Below are positions 41,601-56,500 of a DNA stretch of 64,000 bases, piece after piece. How positions within the stretch are numbered: the stretch's first letter is position 1; each line of letters starts with the position of its first letter. Made by a program: the position numbers and the translations under genes. Origin of the DNA: Eledone cirrhosa (lineage: Eukaryota); NCBI GenBank assembly GCA_964016885.1, contig OZ024758.1, positions 34,348,001-34,412,000 of the forward strand. The letters are read 5' to 3'. The notes under the pieces are model-generated. The model was not told the DNA's origin. It saw only the letters and a program-made list of their open reading frames with translations, and searched no databases.

Positions 41601-42620
41601 CGTGGTATTAGCTGTCAGAAGTAACTCCACTGTTGGTGAGAATTCATTTAAGTTCATGGTATTAGTTGTCAGAAGTAACTCCACTGTTGGTGAGAATTCA
41701 TTTAAGTTCATTGTATTAGCTGTCAGAAGTAACTCCACTGTTGGTGAGAATTCATTTAAGTTCATGGTATTAGCTGTCAGAAGGAACTCCAATGTTGGTG
41801 AGAATTCATTTAAGTCATGGTACTAGCTGTCAGAAGTAACTCCACTGTTGGTGAGAATTCATTTAAGTTCATGGTATTAGCTGTCAGAAGGAACGCCACT
41901 GTTGGTGAGAATTCATTTAAGTTCATGGTATTAGCTGTCAGAAGTAACTCCACTGTTGGTGAGAATTCATTTAAGTTCATGGTACTAGCTGTCAGAAGTA
42001 ACTCCACTGTTGGTAAGAATTCATTTAAGTTCATGGTATTAGCTGTCAGAAGTAACTCCACTGTTGGTGAGAATTCATTTAAGTTCATGGTACTAGTTGT
42101 CAGAAGTAACTCCACTGTTGGTGAGAATTCATTTTAGTTCATGGTATTAGTTGTCAGAAGTAACTCCACTGTTGGTGAGAATTCATTTAAGTCATGGTAT
42201 TAGTTGTCAGAAGTAACTCCAATGTTGGTGAGAATTCATTTAAATTCATGGTACTAGCTGTCAGAAGTAACTCCACTGTTGGTGAGAATTCATTTAAGTT
42301 CATGGTATTAGATGTCAGAAGTAACTCCACTGTTGGTGAGCATTCATTTAAGTCATAGTATTAGCTGTCAGAAGTAACTCCATTGTTGGTGAGAATTCAT
42401 TTAAGTCATGGTACTAGCTGTCAGAAGTAACACCAATGTTGGTGAGAATTCATTTAAGTTCATGGTATTAGCTGTCAGAAGTAACTCCACTGTTGGTGAG
42501 AATTCATTTAAGTTCATGGTACTAGCTGTTAGAAGTAACTCCACTGTTGGTGAGAATTCATTTAAGTTCATGGTATTAGTTTGTCAGAAGTAACTCCACT
42601 GTTGGTGAGAATTCATTTAA
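29700..42620. repeat. Older ~5.8-kb tandem duplication (about 29700-35520 and 35560-42620) with internal expansion of the second copy
   Basis: Offsets step from 5814 (30086/35900) to 5706 (30623/36329), 5760 (31861/37621, 32670/38430) and 7101 (33476/40577, 33745/40846, 34716/41817). Shared private variants are GCTGTCATAAG, GGTGTGAAT, CTAGGGGTC, GAGAAATCA and TTTAAATTC. Confidence 0.88.
38100..40450. repeat. 1235-bp (23-monomer) tandem duplication nested in the second ~5.8-kb copy
   Basis: ORFs 38430..38696 and 39665..39931 are identical. The AGTCACTCC monomer starts at 38161 and 39396. AACACCATT recurs near 39256 and 40438. Confidence 0.85.
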
Positions 42621-45044
42621 GTCATGGTATTAGTTGTCAGAAGTAACTCCAATGTTGGTGAGAATTCATTTAAGTTCATGGTATTAGCTGTCAGAAGTAA
42701 CTCCACTGTTGGTGAGAATTCTTTTAAGTTCATGGTATTAGCTGTCAGAAGTAACTCTACTGTTGGTGAGAATTCATTTAAGTCATGGTATTAGCTGTCA
42801 GAAGTAACTCCATTGTTGGTGAGAATTCATTTAAGTCATGGTACTAGCTGTCAGAAGTAACTCCACTGTTGGTGAGAATTCATTTAAGTTCATGGTACTA
42901 GCTGTCAGAAGTAACTCCACTGTTGGTGAGAATTCATTTAAGTTCATGGTACTAGCTGTCAGAAGTAACTCCACTGTTGGTGAGAATTCATTTAAGTTCA
43001 TGGTACTAGCTGTCAGAAGTAACTCCACTGTTGGTGAGAATTCATTTAAGTTCATGGTATTAGTTTGTCAGAAGTAACTCCACTGTTGGTGAGAATTCAT
43101 TTAAGTCATGGTATTAGTTGTCAGAAGTAACTCCAATGTTGGTGAGAATTCATTTAAGTCATGGTACTAGCTGTCAGAAGTAACTCCAATGTTGGTGAGA
43201 ATTCATTTAAGTTCATGGTATTAGCTGTCAGAAGTAACTCCACCTTTGGTGAGAATTCATTTAAGTTCATGGTATTAGCTGTCAGAAGTAACTCCACTGT
43301 TGGTGAGAATTCATTTAAGTTCATGGTATTAGCTGTCAGAAGTAACTCCACTGTTGGTGAGAATTCATTTAAGTTCATGGTATTAGCTGTCAGAAGGAAC
43401 TCCAATGTTGGTGAGAATTCATTTAAGTCATGGTACTAGCTGTCAGAAGTAACTCCACTGTTGGTGAGAATTCATTTAAGTTCATGGTATTAGCTGTCAG
43501 AAGGAACGCCACTGTTGGTGAGAATTCATTTAAGTTCATGGTATTAGCTGTCAGAAGTAACTCCACTGTTGGTGAGAATTCATTTAAGTTCATGGTACTA
43601 GCTGTCAGAAGTAACTCCAATGTTGGTGAGAATTCATTTAAGTTCATGGTATTAGCTGTCAGAAGTAACTGCACTGTTGGTGAGAATTCATTTAAGTTCA
43701 TGGTACTAGCTGTCAGAAGTAACTCCACTGTTGGTGAGAATTCATTTAAGTTCATGGTACTAGCTGTCAGAAGTAACTCCACTGTTGGTGAGAATTCATT
43801 TAAGTTCATGGTACTAGCTGTCAGAAGTAACTCCAATGTTGGTGAGAATTCATTTAAGTTCATGGTATTGGCTGTCAGAAGTAACTCCACTGTTGGTGAG
43901 AATTTATTTAAGTTCATGGTACTAGCTGTCAGAAGTAACTCCACTGTTGGTGAGAATTCATTTAAGTCATGGTACTAGCTGTCAGAAGTAACTCCACTGT
44001 TGGTGAGAATTCATTTAAGTTCATGGTACTAGCTGTCAGAAGTAACTCCACTGTTGGTGAGAATTCATTTAAGTTCATGGTACTAGCTGTCAGAAGTAAC
44101 TCCACTGTTGGTGAGAATTCATTTAAGTTCATGGTACTAGCTGTCAGAAGTAACTCCACTGTTGGTGAGAATTCATTTAAGTCCATGGTATTAGTTTGTC
44201 AGAAGTAACTCCACTGTTGGTGAGAATTCATTTAAGTCATGGTATTAGTTGTCAGAAGTAACTCCAATGTTGGTGAGAATTCATTTAAGTCATGGTACTA
44301 GCTGTCAAAAGAAACTCCAATGTTGGTGAGAATTCATTTAAGTTCATGGTATTAGCTGTCAGAAGTAACTCCACTGTTGGTGAGAATTCATTTAAGTTCA
44401 TGGTATTAGCTGTCAGAAGTAACTTCACTGTTGGTGAGAATTCATTTAAGTTCATGGTATTAGCTGTCAGAAGGAACTCCAATGTTGGTGAGAATTCATT
44501 TAAGTCATGGTACTAGCTGTCAGAAGTAACTCCACTGTTGGTGAGAATTCATTTAAGTTCATGGTATTAGCTGTCAGAAGGAACGCCACTGTTGGTGAGA
44601 ATTCATTTAAGTTCATGGTATTAGCTGTCAGAAGTAACTCCACTGTTGGTGAGAATTCATTTAAGTCATGGTATTAGCTGTCAGAAGTAACTCCATTGTT
44701 GGTGAGAATTCATTTAAGTCATGGTACTAGCTGTCAGAAGTAACTCCAATGTTGATGAGAATTCATTTAAGTTCATGGTATTAGCTGTCAGAAGTAACTC
44801 CACTGTTGGTGAGAATTCATTTAAGTTCATGGTATTAGCTGTCAGAAGTAACTCCACTGTTGGTGAGAATTCATTTAAGTTCATGGTACTAGCTGTCAGA
44901 AGTAACTCCACTGTTGGTGAGAATTCATTTAAGTTCATGGTATTAGTTTGTCAGAAGTAACTCCACTGTTGGTGAGAATTCATTTAAGTCATGGTATTAG
45001 TTTTCAGAAGTAACTCCAATGTTGCTGAGAATTCATTTAAGTTC

Positions 45045-48000
45045 ATGGTATTAGCTGTCAGAAGTAACTCCACTGTTGGTGAGAATTCATTTAAGTTCAT
45101 GGTACTAGCTGTCAGAAGTAACTCCAATGTTGGTGAGAATTCATTTAAGTTCATGGTATTAGCTGTCAGAAGTAGCTCCACTGTTGGTGAGAATTCATTT
45201 AAGTTCATGGTACTAGCTGTCAGAAGTAACTCCACTGTTGGTGAGAATTCATTTAAGTTCATGGTATTAGCTGTCAGAAGTAACTCCACTGTTGGTGAGA
45301 ATTCATTTAAGTTCATGGTACTAGCTGTCAGAAGTAACTCCACTGTTGGTGAGAATTCATTTAAGTTCATGGTACTAGCTGTCAGAAGTAACTCCACTGT
45401 TGGTGAGAATTCATTTAGGTTCATGGTACTAGCTGTCAGAAGTAACTCCAATGTTGGTGAGAATTCATTTAAGTTCATGGTATTAGCTGTCAGAAGTAAC
45501 TCCACTGTTGGTGAGAATTCATTTAAGTTCATGGTACTAGCTGTCAGAAGTAACTCCACTGTTGGTGAGAATTCATTTAAGTTCATGGTATTAGCTGTCA
45601 GAAGTCACTCCAATGTTGGTGAGAATTCATTTAAGTTCATGGTATTAGCTGTCAGAAGTCACTCCACTGTTGGTGAGAATTCATTTAAGTTCATGGTACT
45701 AGCTGTCAGAAGTAACCCCAATGTTGGTGAGAATTCATTTAAGTTCATGGTATTAGCTGTCAGAAGTCACTCCAATGTTGGTGAGAATTCATTTAAGTTC
45801 GTGGTATTAGCTGTCAGAAGTAACTCCACTGTTGGTGAGAATTCATTTAAGTTCATGGTATTAGCTGTCAGAAGTAACTCCACTGTTGGTGAGAATTCAT
45901 TTAAGTTCATGGTATTAGCTGTCAGAAGTAACTCCACTGTTGGTGAGAATTCATTTAAGTTCATGGTATTAGCTGTCAGAAGGAACTCCAATGTTGGTGA
46001 GAATTCATTTAAGTCATGGTACTAGCTGTCAGAAGTAACTCCACTGTTGGTGAGAATTCATTTAAGTTCATGGTATTAGCTGTCAGAAGGAACGCCACAG
46101 TTGGTGAGAATTCATTTAAGTTCATGGTATTAGCTGTCAGAAGTAACTCCACTGTTGGTGAGAATTCATTTAAGTTCATGGTACTAGCTGTCAGAAGTAA
46201 CTCCACTGTTGGTGAGAATTCATTTAAGTTCATGGTACTAGCTGTCAGAAGTAACTCCACTGTTGGTGAGAATTCATTTAAGTTCATGGTACTAGCTGTC
46301 AGAAGTAACTCCACTGTTGGTGAGAATTCATTTAAGTCATGGTACTAGCTGTCAGAAGTAACTCCACTGTTGGTGAGAATTCATTTAAGTTCATGGTACT
46401 AGCTGTCAGAAGTAACTCCACTGTTGGTGAGATTTCATTTAAGTTCATGGTACTAGCTGTCAGAAGTAACTCCACTGTTGGTGAGAATTCATTTAAGTTC
46501 ATGGTACTAGCTGTCAGAAGTAACTCCACTGTTGGTGAGAATTCATTTAAGTTCATGGTATTAGTTTGTCAGAAGTAACTCCACTGTTGGTGAGAATTCA
46601 TTTAAGTCATGGTATTAGTTGTCAGAAGTAACTCCAATGTTGGTGAGAATTCATTTAAGTCATGGTACTAGCTGTCAAAAGTAACTCCAATGTTGGTGAG
46701 AATTCATTTAAGTTCATGGTATTAGCTGTCAGAAGTAACTCCACTGTTGGTGAGAATTCATTTAAGTTCATGGTATTAGCTGTCAGAAGTAACTCCACTG
46801 TTGGTGAGAATTCATTTAAGTTCATGGTATTAGCTGTCAGAAGTAACTTCACTGTTGGTGAGAATTCATTTAAGTTCATGGTATTAGCTGTCAGAAGGAA
46901 CTCCAATGTTGGTGAGAATTCATTTAAGTCATGGTACTAGCTGTCAGAAGTAACTCCACTGTTGGTGAGAATTCATTTAAGTTCATGGTATTAGCTGTCA
47001 GAAGGAACGCCACTGTTGGTGAGAATTCATTTAAGTTCATGGTATTAGCTGTCAGAAGTAACTCCACTGTTGGTGAGAATTCATTTAAGTTCATGGTACT
47101 AGCTGTCAGAAGTAACTCCAATGTTGGTGAGAATTCATTTAAGTTCATGGTATTAGCTGTCAGAAGTAGCTCCACTGTTGGTGAGAATTCATTTAAGTTC
47201 ATGGTACTAGCTGTCAGAAGTAACTCCACTGTTGGTGAGAATTCATTTAAGTTCATGGTATTAGCTGTCAGAAGTAACTCCACTGTTGGTGAGAATTCAT
47301 TTAAGTTCATGGTACTAGCTGTCAGAAGTAACTCCACTGTTGGTGAGAATTCATTTAAGTTCATGGTACTAGCTGTCAGAAGTAACTCCACTGTTGGTGA
47401 GAATTCATTTAAGTTCATGGTACTAGCTGTCAGAAGTAACTCCAATGTTGGTGAGAATTCATTTAAGTTCATGGTATTAGCTGTCAGAAGTAACTCCACT
47501 GTTGGTGAGAATTCATTTAAGTTCATGGTACTAGCTGTCAGAAGTAACTCCACTGTTGGTGAGAATTCATTTAAGTTCATGGTATTAGCTGTCAGAAGTC
47601 ACTCCAATGTTGGTGAGAATTCATTTAAGTTCATGGTATTAGCTGTCAGAAGTCACTCCACTGTTGGTGAGAATTCATTTAAGTTCATGGTACTAGCTGT
47701 CAGAAGTAACCCCAATGTTGGTGAGAATTCATTTAAGTTCATGGTATTAGCTGTCAGAAGTCACTCCAATGTTGGTGAGAATTCATTTAAGTTCGTGGTA
47801 TTAGCTGTCAGAAGTAACTACACTGTTGGTGAGAATTCATTTAAGTTCATGGTATTAGCTGTCAGAAGTAACTCCACTGTTGGTGAGAATTCATTTAAGT
47901 TCATGGTATTAGCTGTCAGAAGTAACTCCACTGTTGGTGAGAATTCATTTAAGTTCATGGTATTAGCTGTCAGAAGGAACTCCAATGTTGGTGAGAATTC

Positions 48001-48200
48001 AATTAAGTCATGGTACTAGCTGTCAGAAGTAACTCCACTGTTGGTGAGAATTCATTTAAGTTCATGGTATTAGCTGTCAGAAGGAACGCCACAGTTGGTG
48101 AGAATTCATTTAAGTTCATGGTATTAGCTGTCAGAAGTAACTCCACTGTTGGTGAGAATTCATTTAAGTTCATGGTACTAGCTGTCAGAAGTAACTCCAA
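45045..48200. repeat. Direct duplication of about 1.15 kb at 1994-bp offset
   Basis: The private variant AGTAGCTCC is at 45171 and 47165. ORF ends are 46025/48019. GCCACAG follows in both copies. Confidence 0.83.
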
Positions 48201-50529
48201 TGTTGGTGAGAATTCATTTAAGTTCATGGTATTAGTTTGTCAGAAGTAACTCCACTGTTGGTGAGAATTCATTTAAGTCATGGTATTAGTTGTCAGAAGT
48301 AACTCCAATGTTGGTGAGAATTCATTTAAGTTCATGGTATTAGCTGTCAGAAGTAACTCCACTGTTGGTGAGAATTCTTTTAAGTTCATGGTATTAGCTG
48401 TCAGAAGTAACTCTACTGTTGGTGAGAATTCATTTAAGTCATGGTATTAGCTGTCAGAAGTAACTCCATTGTTGGTGAGAATTCATTTAAGTCATGGTAC
48501 TAGCTGTCAGAAGTAACTCCACTGTTGGTGAGAATTCATTTAAGTTCATGGTACTAGCTGTCAGAAGTAACTCCACTGTTGGTGAGAATTCATTTAAGTT
48601 CATGGTAATAGCTGTCAGAAGTAACTCCACTGTTGGTGAGAATTCATTTAAGTTCATGGTATTAGTTTGTCAGAAGTAACTCCACTGTTGGTGAGAATTC
48701 ATCTAAGTCATGGTATTAGTTGTCAGAAGTAACTCCAATGTTGGTGAGAATTCATTTAAGTCATGGTACTAGCTGTCAGAAGTAACTCCAATGTTGGTGA
48801 GAATTCATTTAAGTTCATGGTATTAGCTGTCAGAAGTAACTCCACTGTTGGTGAGAATTCATTTAAGTTCATGGTATTAGCTGTCAGAAGGAACTCCAAT
48901 GTTGGTGAGAATTCATTTAAGTCATGGTACTAGCTGTCAGAAGTAACTCCACTGTTGGTGAGAATTCATTTAAGTTCATGGTATTAGCTGTCAGAAGGAA
49001 CGCCACTGTTGGTGAGAATTCATTTAAGTTCATGGTATTAGCTGTCAGAAGTAACTCCACTGTTGGTGAGAATTCATTTAAGTTCATGGTACTAGCTGTC
49101 AGAAGTAACTCCAATGTTGGTGAGAATTCATTTAAGTTCATGGTATTAGCTGTCAGAAGTAACTCCACTGTTGGTGAGAATTCATTTAAGTTCATGGTAC
49201 TAGCTGTCAGAAGTAACTCCACTGTTGGTGAGAATTCATTTAAGTTCATGGTACTAGCTGTCAGAAGTAACTCCACTGTTGGTGAGAATTCATTTAAGTT
49301 CATGGTACTAGCTGTCAGAAGTAACTCCAATGTTGGTGAGAATTCATTTAAGTTCATGGTATTAGCTGTCAGAAGTAACTCCAATGTTGTTGAGAATTCA
49401 TTTAAGTTCATGGTATTAGCTGTCAGAAGTAACTCCACTGTTGGTGAGAATTCATTTAAGTTCATGGTACTAGCTGTCAGAAGTAACTCCACTGTTGGTG
49501 AGAATTCATTTAAGTTCATGGTACTAGCTGTCAGAAGTAAGTCCACTGTTGGTGAGAATTCATTTAAGTCATGGTACTAGCTGTCAGAAGTAACTCCACT
49601 GTTGGTGAGAATTCATTTAAGTTCATGGTACTAGCTGTCAGAAGTAACTCCACTGTTGGTGAGAATTCATTTAAGTTCATGGTACTAGCTGTCAGAAGTA
49701 ACTCCACTGTTGGTGAGAATTCATTTAAGTTCATGGTAATAGCTGTCAGAAGTAACTCCACTGTTGGTGAGAATTCATTTAAGTTCATGGTATTAGCTGT
49801 CAGAAGTCACTCCACTGTTGGTGAGAATTCATTTAAGTTCATGGTACTAGCTGTCAGAAGTAACCCCAATGTTGGTGAGAATTCATTTAAGTTCATGGTA
49901 TTAGCTGTCAGAAGTCACTCCAATGTTGGTGAGAATTCATTTAAGTTCATGGTATTAGCTGTCAGAAGTAACTCCACTGTTGGTGAGAATTCATTTAAGT
50001 TCATGGTATTAGCTGTCAGAAGGAACTCCAATGTTGGTGAGAATTCATTTAAGTCATGGTACTAGCTGTCAGAAGTAACTCCACTGTTGGTGAGAATTCA
50101 TTTAAGTTCATGGTATTAGCTGTCAGAAGGAACGCCACAGTTGGTGAGAATTCATTTAAGTTCATGGTATTAGCTGTCAGAAGTAACTCCACTGTTGGTG
50201 AGAATTCATTTAAGTTCATGGTACTAGCTGTCAGAAGTAACTCCAATGTTGGTGAGAATTCATTTAAGTTCATGGTATTAGCTGTCAGAAGGAACTCCAC
50301 TGTTGGTGAGAATTCATTGAAGTTCATGGTATTAGCTGTCAGAAGTAACTCCACTGTTGGTGAGAATTCATTTAAGTTCATGGTACTAGTTGTCAGAAGT
50401 AACTCCACTGTTGGTAAGAATTCATTTTAGTTCATGGTATTAGTTGTCAGAAGTAACTCCACTGTTGGTGAGAATTCATTTAAGTCATGGTATTAGTTGT
50501 CAGAAGTAACTCCAATGTTGGTGAGAATT

Positions 50530-53500
50530 CATTTAAGTTCATGGTATTAGCTGTCAGAAGTAACTCCACTGTTGGTGAGAATTCATTTAAGTCATGGTAT
50601 TAGCTGTCAGAAGTAACTCCATTGTTGGTGAGAATTCATTTAAGTCATGGTACTAGCTATCAGAAGTAACTCCACTGTTGGTGAGAATTCATTTAAGTTC
50701 ATGGTATTAGCTGTCAGAAGGAACTCCACTGTTGGTGAGAATTCATTTAAGTTCATGGTACTAGCTGTCAGAAGTAACTCCACTGTTGGTGAGAATTCAT
50801 TTAAGTTCATGGTATTAGTTTGTCAGAAGTAACTCCACTGTTGGTGAGAATTCATTTAAGTCATGGTATTAGTTGTCATAAGTAACTCCAATGTTGGTGA
50901 GAATTCATTTAAGTCATGGTACTAGCTGTCAGAAGTAACTCCAATGTTGGTGAGGATTCATTTAAGTTCATGGTATTAGCTGTCAGAAGGAACTCCGCTG
51001 TTGGTGAGAATTCATTTAAGTTCATGGTATTAGCTGTCAGAAGTAACTCCACTGTTGGTGAGAATTCATTTAAGTTCATGGTACTAGCTGTCAGAAGTAA
51101 CTCCAATGTTGGTGAGAATTCATTTAAGTTCATGGTATTAGTTTGTCAGAAGTAACTCCACTGTTGGTGAGAATTCATTTAAGTCATGGTATTAGTTGTC
51201 AGAAGTAACTCCAATGTTGGTGAGAATTCATTTAAGTTCATGGTATTAGCTGTCAGAAGTAACTCCACTGTTGGTGAGAATTCATTTAAGTTCATGGTAC
51301 TAGCTGTCAGAAGTAACTCCACTGTTGGTGAGAATTCATTTAAGTCATGGTGCTAGCTGTCAGAAGTAACTCCACTGTTGGTGAGAATTCATTTAAGTTC
51401 ATGGTATTAGCTGTCAGAAGGAACGCCACTGTTGGTGAGAATTCATTTAAGTTCATGGTATTAGCTGTCAGAAGTAACTCCACTGTTGGTGAGAATTCAT
51501 TTAAGTTCATGGTACTAGCTGTCAGAAGTAACTCCAATGTTGGTGAGAATTCATTTAAGTTCGTGGTATTAGCTGTCAGAAGTAACTCCACTGTTGGTGA
51601 GAATTCATTTAAGTTCATGGTATTAGCTGTCAGAAGTAACTCCACTGTTGGTGAGAATTCATTTAAGTTCATGGTATTAGCTGTCAGAAGTAACTCCACT
51701 GTTGGTGAGAATTCATTTAAGTTCATGGTATTAGCTGTCAGAAGGAACTCCAATGTTGGTGAGAATTCATTTAAGTCATGGTACTAGCTGTCAGAAGTAA
51801 CTCCACTGTTGGTGAGAATTCATTTAAGTTCATGGTATTAGCTGTCAGAAGGAACGCCACAGTTGGTGAGAATTCATTTAAGTTCATGGTATTAGCTGTC
51901 AGAAGTAACTCCACTGTTGGTGAGAATTCATTTAAGTTCATGGTACTAGCTGTCAGAAGTAACTCCAATGTTGGTGAGAATTCATTTAAGTTCATGGTAT
52001 TAGCTGTCAGAAGGAACTCCACTGTTGGTGAGAATTCATTTAAGTTCATGGTATTAGCTGTCAGAAGTAACTCCACTGTTGGTGAGAATTCATTTAAGTC
52101 ATGGTATTAGCTGTCAGAAGTAACTCCATTGTTGGTGAGAATTCATTTAAGTCATGGTACTAGCTATCAGAAGTAACTCCACTGTTGGTGAGAATTCATT
52201 TAAGTTCATGGTATTAGCTGTCAGAAGGAACTCCACTGTTGGTGAGAATTCATTTAAGTTCATGGTACTAGCTCTCAGAAGTAACTCCACTGTTGGTGAG
52301 AATTCATTTAAGTTCATGGTATCAGTTTGTCAGAAGTAACTCCACTGTTGGTGAGAATTCATTTAAGTCATGGTATTAGTTGTCATAAGTAACTCCAATG
52401 TTGGTGAGAATTCATTTAAGTCATGGTACTAGCTGTCAGAAGTAACTCCAATGTTGGTGAGGATTCATTTAAGTTCATGGTATTAGTTTGTCAGAAGTAA
52501 CTCCACTGTTGGTGAGAATTCATTTAAGTCATGGTATTAGTTGTCAGAAGTAACTCCAATGTTGGTGAGAATTCATTTAAGTCATGGTACTAGCTGTCAG
52601 AAATAACTCCAATGTTGGTGAGAATTCATTTAAGTTCATGGTATTAGCTGTCAGAAGTAACTCCACTGTTGGTGAGAATTCATTTAAGTTCATGGTATTA
52701 GCTGTCAGAAGTAACTCCACTGTTGGTGAGAATTCATTTAAGTTCATGGTATTAGCTGTCAGAAGTAACTCCACTGTTGGTGAGAATTCATTTAAGTTCA
52801 TGGTATTAGCTGTCAGAAGTAACTCCAATGTTGGTGAGAATTCATTTAGGTCATGGTACTAGCTGTCAGAAGTAACTCCACTGTTGGTGAGAATTCATTT
52901 AAGTTCATGGTATTAGCTGTCAGAAGGAACGCCACTGTTGGTGAGAATTCATTTAAGTTCATGGTATTAGCTGTCAGAAGTAACTCCACTGTTGGTGAGA
53001 ATTCATTTAAGTTCATGGTACTAGCTGTCAGAAGTAACTCCAATGTTGTTGAGAATTCATTTAAGTTCATGGTATTAGCTGTCAGAAGTAACTCCACTGT
53101 TGGTGAGAATTCATTTAAGTTCATGGTACTAGCTGTCAGAAGTAACTCCACTGTTGGTGAGAATTCATTTAAGTTCATGGTACTAGCTGTCAGAAGTAAG
53201 TCCACTGTTGGTGAGAATTCATTTAAGTTCATGGTACTAGCTGTCAGAAGTAACTCCAATGTTGGTGAGAATTCATTTAAGTTCATGGTATTAGCTGTCA
53301 GAAGTAACTCCACTGTTGGTGAGAATTCATTTAAGGTCATGGTACTAGCTGTCAGAAGTAACTCCACTGTTGGTGAGAATTCATTTAAGTTCATGGTATT
53401 AGCTGTCAGAAGTCACTCCAATGTTGGTGAGAATTCATTTAAGTTCATGGTATTAGCTGTCAGAAGTCACTCCACTGTTGGTGAGAATTCATTTAAGTTC

Positions 53501-56500
53501 ATGGTACTAGCTGTCAGAAGTAACCCCAATGTTGGTGAGAATTCATTTAAGTTCATGGTATTAGCTGTCAGAAGTCAGACCAATGTTGGTGAGAATTCAT
53601 TTAAGTTCATGGTATTAGCTGTCAGAAGTAACTCCACTGTTGGTGAGAATTCATTTAAGTTCATGGTACTAGCTGTCAGAAGTAACTCCAATGTTGGTGA
53701 GAATTCATTTAAGTTCATGGTATTAGTTTGTCAGAAGTAACTCCACTGTTGGTGAGAATTCATTTAAGTCATGGTATTAGTTGTCAGAAGTAACTCCAAT
53801 GTTGGTGAGAATTCATTTAAGTTCATGGTATTAGCTGTCAGAAGTAACTCCACTGTTGGTGAGAATTCATTTAAGTTCATGGTACTAGCTGTCAGAAGTA
53901 ACTCCACTGTTGGTGAGAATTCATTTAAGTCATGGTACTAGCTGTCAGAAGTAACTCCACTGTTGGTGAGAATTCATTTAAGTTCATGGTATTAGCTGTC
54001 AGAAGGAACGCCACTGTTGGTGAGAATTCATTTAAGTTCATGGTATTAGCTGTCAGAAGTAACTCCACTGTTGGTGAGAATTCATTTAAGTTCATGGTAC
54101 TAGCTGTCAGAAGTAACTCCAATGTTGGTGAGAATTCATTTAAGTTCGTGGTATTAGCTGTCAGAAGTAACTCCACTGTTGGTGAGAATTCATTTAAGTT
54201 CATGGTATTAGCTGTCAGAAGTAACTCCACTGTTGGTGAGAATTCATTTAAGTTCATGGTATTAGCTGTCAGAAGGAACGCCACTGTTGGTGAGAATTCA
54301 TTTAAGTTCATGGTATTAGCTGTCAGAAGGAACTCCAATGTTGGTGAGAATTCATTTAAGTCATGGTACTAGCTGTCAGAAGTAACTCCACTGTTGGTGA
54401 GAATTCATTTAAGTTCATGGTATTAGCTGTCAGAAGGAACGCCACAGTTGGTGAGAATTCATTTAAGTACATGGTATTAGCTGTCAGAAGTAACTCCACT
54501 GTTGGTGAGAATTCATTTAAGTTCATGGTACTAGCTGTCAGAAGTAACTCCAATGTTGGTGAGAATTCATTTAAGTTCATGGTATTAGCTGTCAGAAGGA
54601 ACTCCACTGTTGGTGAGAATTCATTTAAGTTCATGGTATTAGCTGTCAGAAGTAACTCCACTGTTGGTGAGAATTCATTTAAGTCATGGTATTAGCTGTC
54701 AGAAGTAACTCCATTGTTGGTGAGAATTCATTTAAGTCATGGTACTAGCTATCAGAAGTAACTCCACTGTTGGTGAGAATTCATTTAAGTTCATGGTATT
54801 AGCTGTCAGAAGGAACTCCACTGTTGGTGAGAATTCATTTAAGTTCATGGTACTAGCTGTCAGAAGTAACTCCACTGTTGGTGAGAATTCATTTAAGTTC
54901 ATGGTATTAGCTGTCAGAAGGAACTCCACTGTTGGTGAGAATTCATTTAAGTCATGGTATTAGTTGTCATAAGTAACTCCAATGTTGGTGAGAATTCATT
55001 TAAGTCATGGTACTAGCTGTCAGAAGTAACTCCAATGTTGGTGAGGATTCATTTAAGTTCATGGTATTAGCTGTCAGAAGTAACTCCACTGTTGGTGAGA
55101 ATTCATTTAAGTTCATGGTACTAGCTGTCAGAAGTAACTCCAATGTTGGTGAGAATTCATTTAAGTTCATGGTATTAGCTGTCAGAAGGAACTCCACTGT
55201 TGGTGAGAATTCATTTAAGTTCATGGTATTAGCTGTCAGAAGTAACTCCACTGTTGGTGAGAATTCATTTAAGTTCATGGTACTAGCTGTCAGAAGTAAC
55301 TCCAATGTTGTTGAGAATTCATTTAAGTTCATGGTATTAGCTGTCAGAAGTAACTCCACTGTTGGTGAGAATTCATTTAAGTTCATGGTACTAGCTGTCA
55401 GAAGTAACTCCACTGTTGGTGAGAATTCATTTAAGTTCATGGTACTAGCTGTCAGAAGTAAGTCCACTGTTGGTGAGAATTCATTTAAGTTCATGGTACT
55501 AGCTGTCAGAAGTAACTCCAATGTTGGTGAGAATTCATTTAAGTTCATGGTATTAGCTGTCAGAAGTAACTCCACTGTTGGTGAGAATTCATTTAAGTCA
55601 TGGTATTAGCTGTCAGAAGTAACTCCATTGTTGGTGAGAATTCATTTAAGTCATGGTACTAGCTATCAGAAGTAACTCCACTGTTGGTGAGAATTCATTT
55701 AAGTTCATGGTATTAGCTGTCAGAAGGAACTCCACTGTTGGTGAGAATTCATTTAAGTTCATGGTACTAGCTGTCAGAAGTAACTCCACTGTTGGTGAGA
55801 ATTCATTTAAGTTCATGGTATTAGTTTGTCAGAAGTAACTCCACTGTTGGTGAGAATTCATTTAAGTCATGGTATTAGTTGTCATAAGTAACTCCAATGT
55901 TGGTGAGAATTCATTTAAGTCATGGTACTAGCTGTCAGAAGTAACTCCAATGTTGGTGAGGATTCATTTAAGTTCATGGTATTAGCTGTCAGAAGGAACT
56001 CCGCTGTTGGTAAGAATTCATTTAAGTTCATGGTATTAGCTGTCAGAAGTAACTCCACTGTTGGTGAGAATTCATTTAAGTTCATGGTACTAGCTGTCAG
56101 AAGTAACTCCAATGTTGGTGAGAATTCATTTAAGTTCATGGTATTAGTTTGTCAGAAGTAACTCCACTGTTGGTGAGAATTCATTTAAGTCATGGTATTA
56201 GTTGTCAGAAGTAACTCCAATGTTGGTGAGAATTCATTTAAGTTCATGGTATTAGCTGTCAGAAGTAACTCCACTGTTGGTGAGAATTCATTTAAGTTCA
56301 TGGTACTAGCTGTCAGAAGTAACTCCACTGTTGGTGAGAATTCATTTAAGTCATGGTACTAGCTGTCAGAAGTAACTCCACTGTTGGTGAGAATTCATTT
56401 AAGTTCATGGTATTAGCTGTCAGAAGGAACGCCACTGTTGGTGAGAATTCATTTAAGTTCATGGTATTAGCTGTCAGAAGTAACTCCACTGTTGGTGAGA

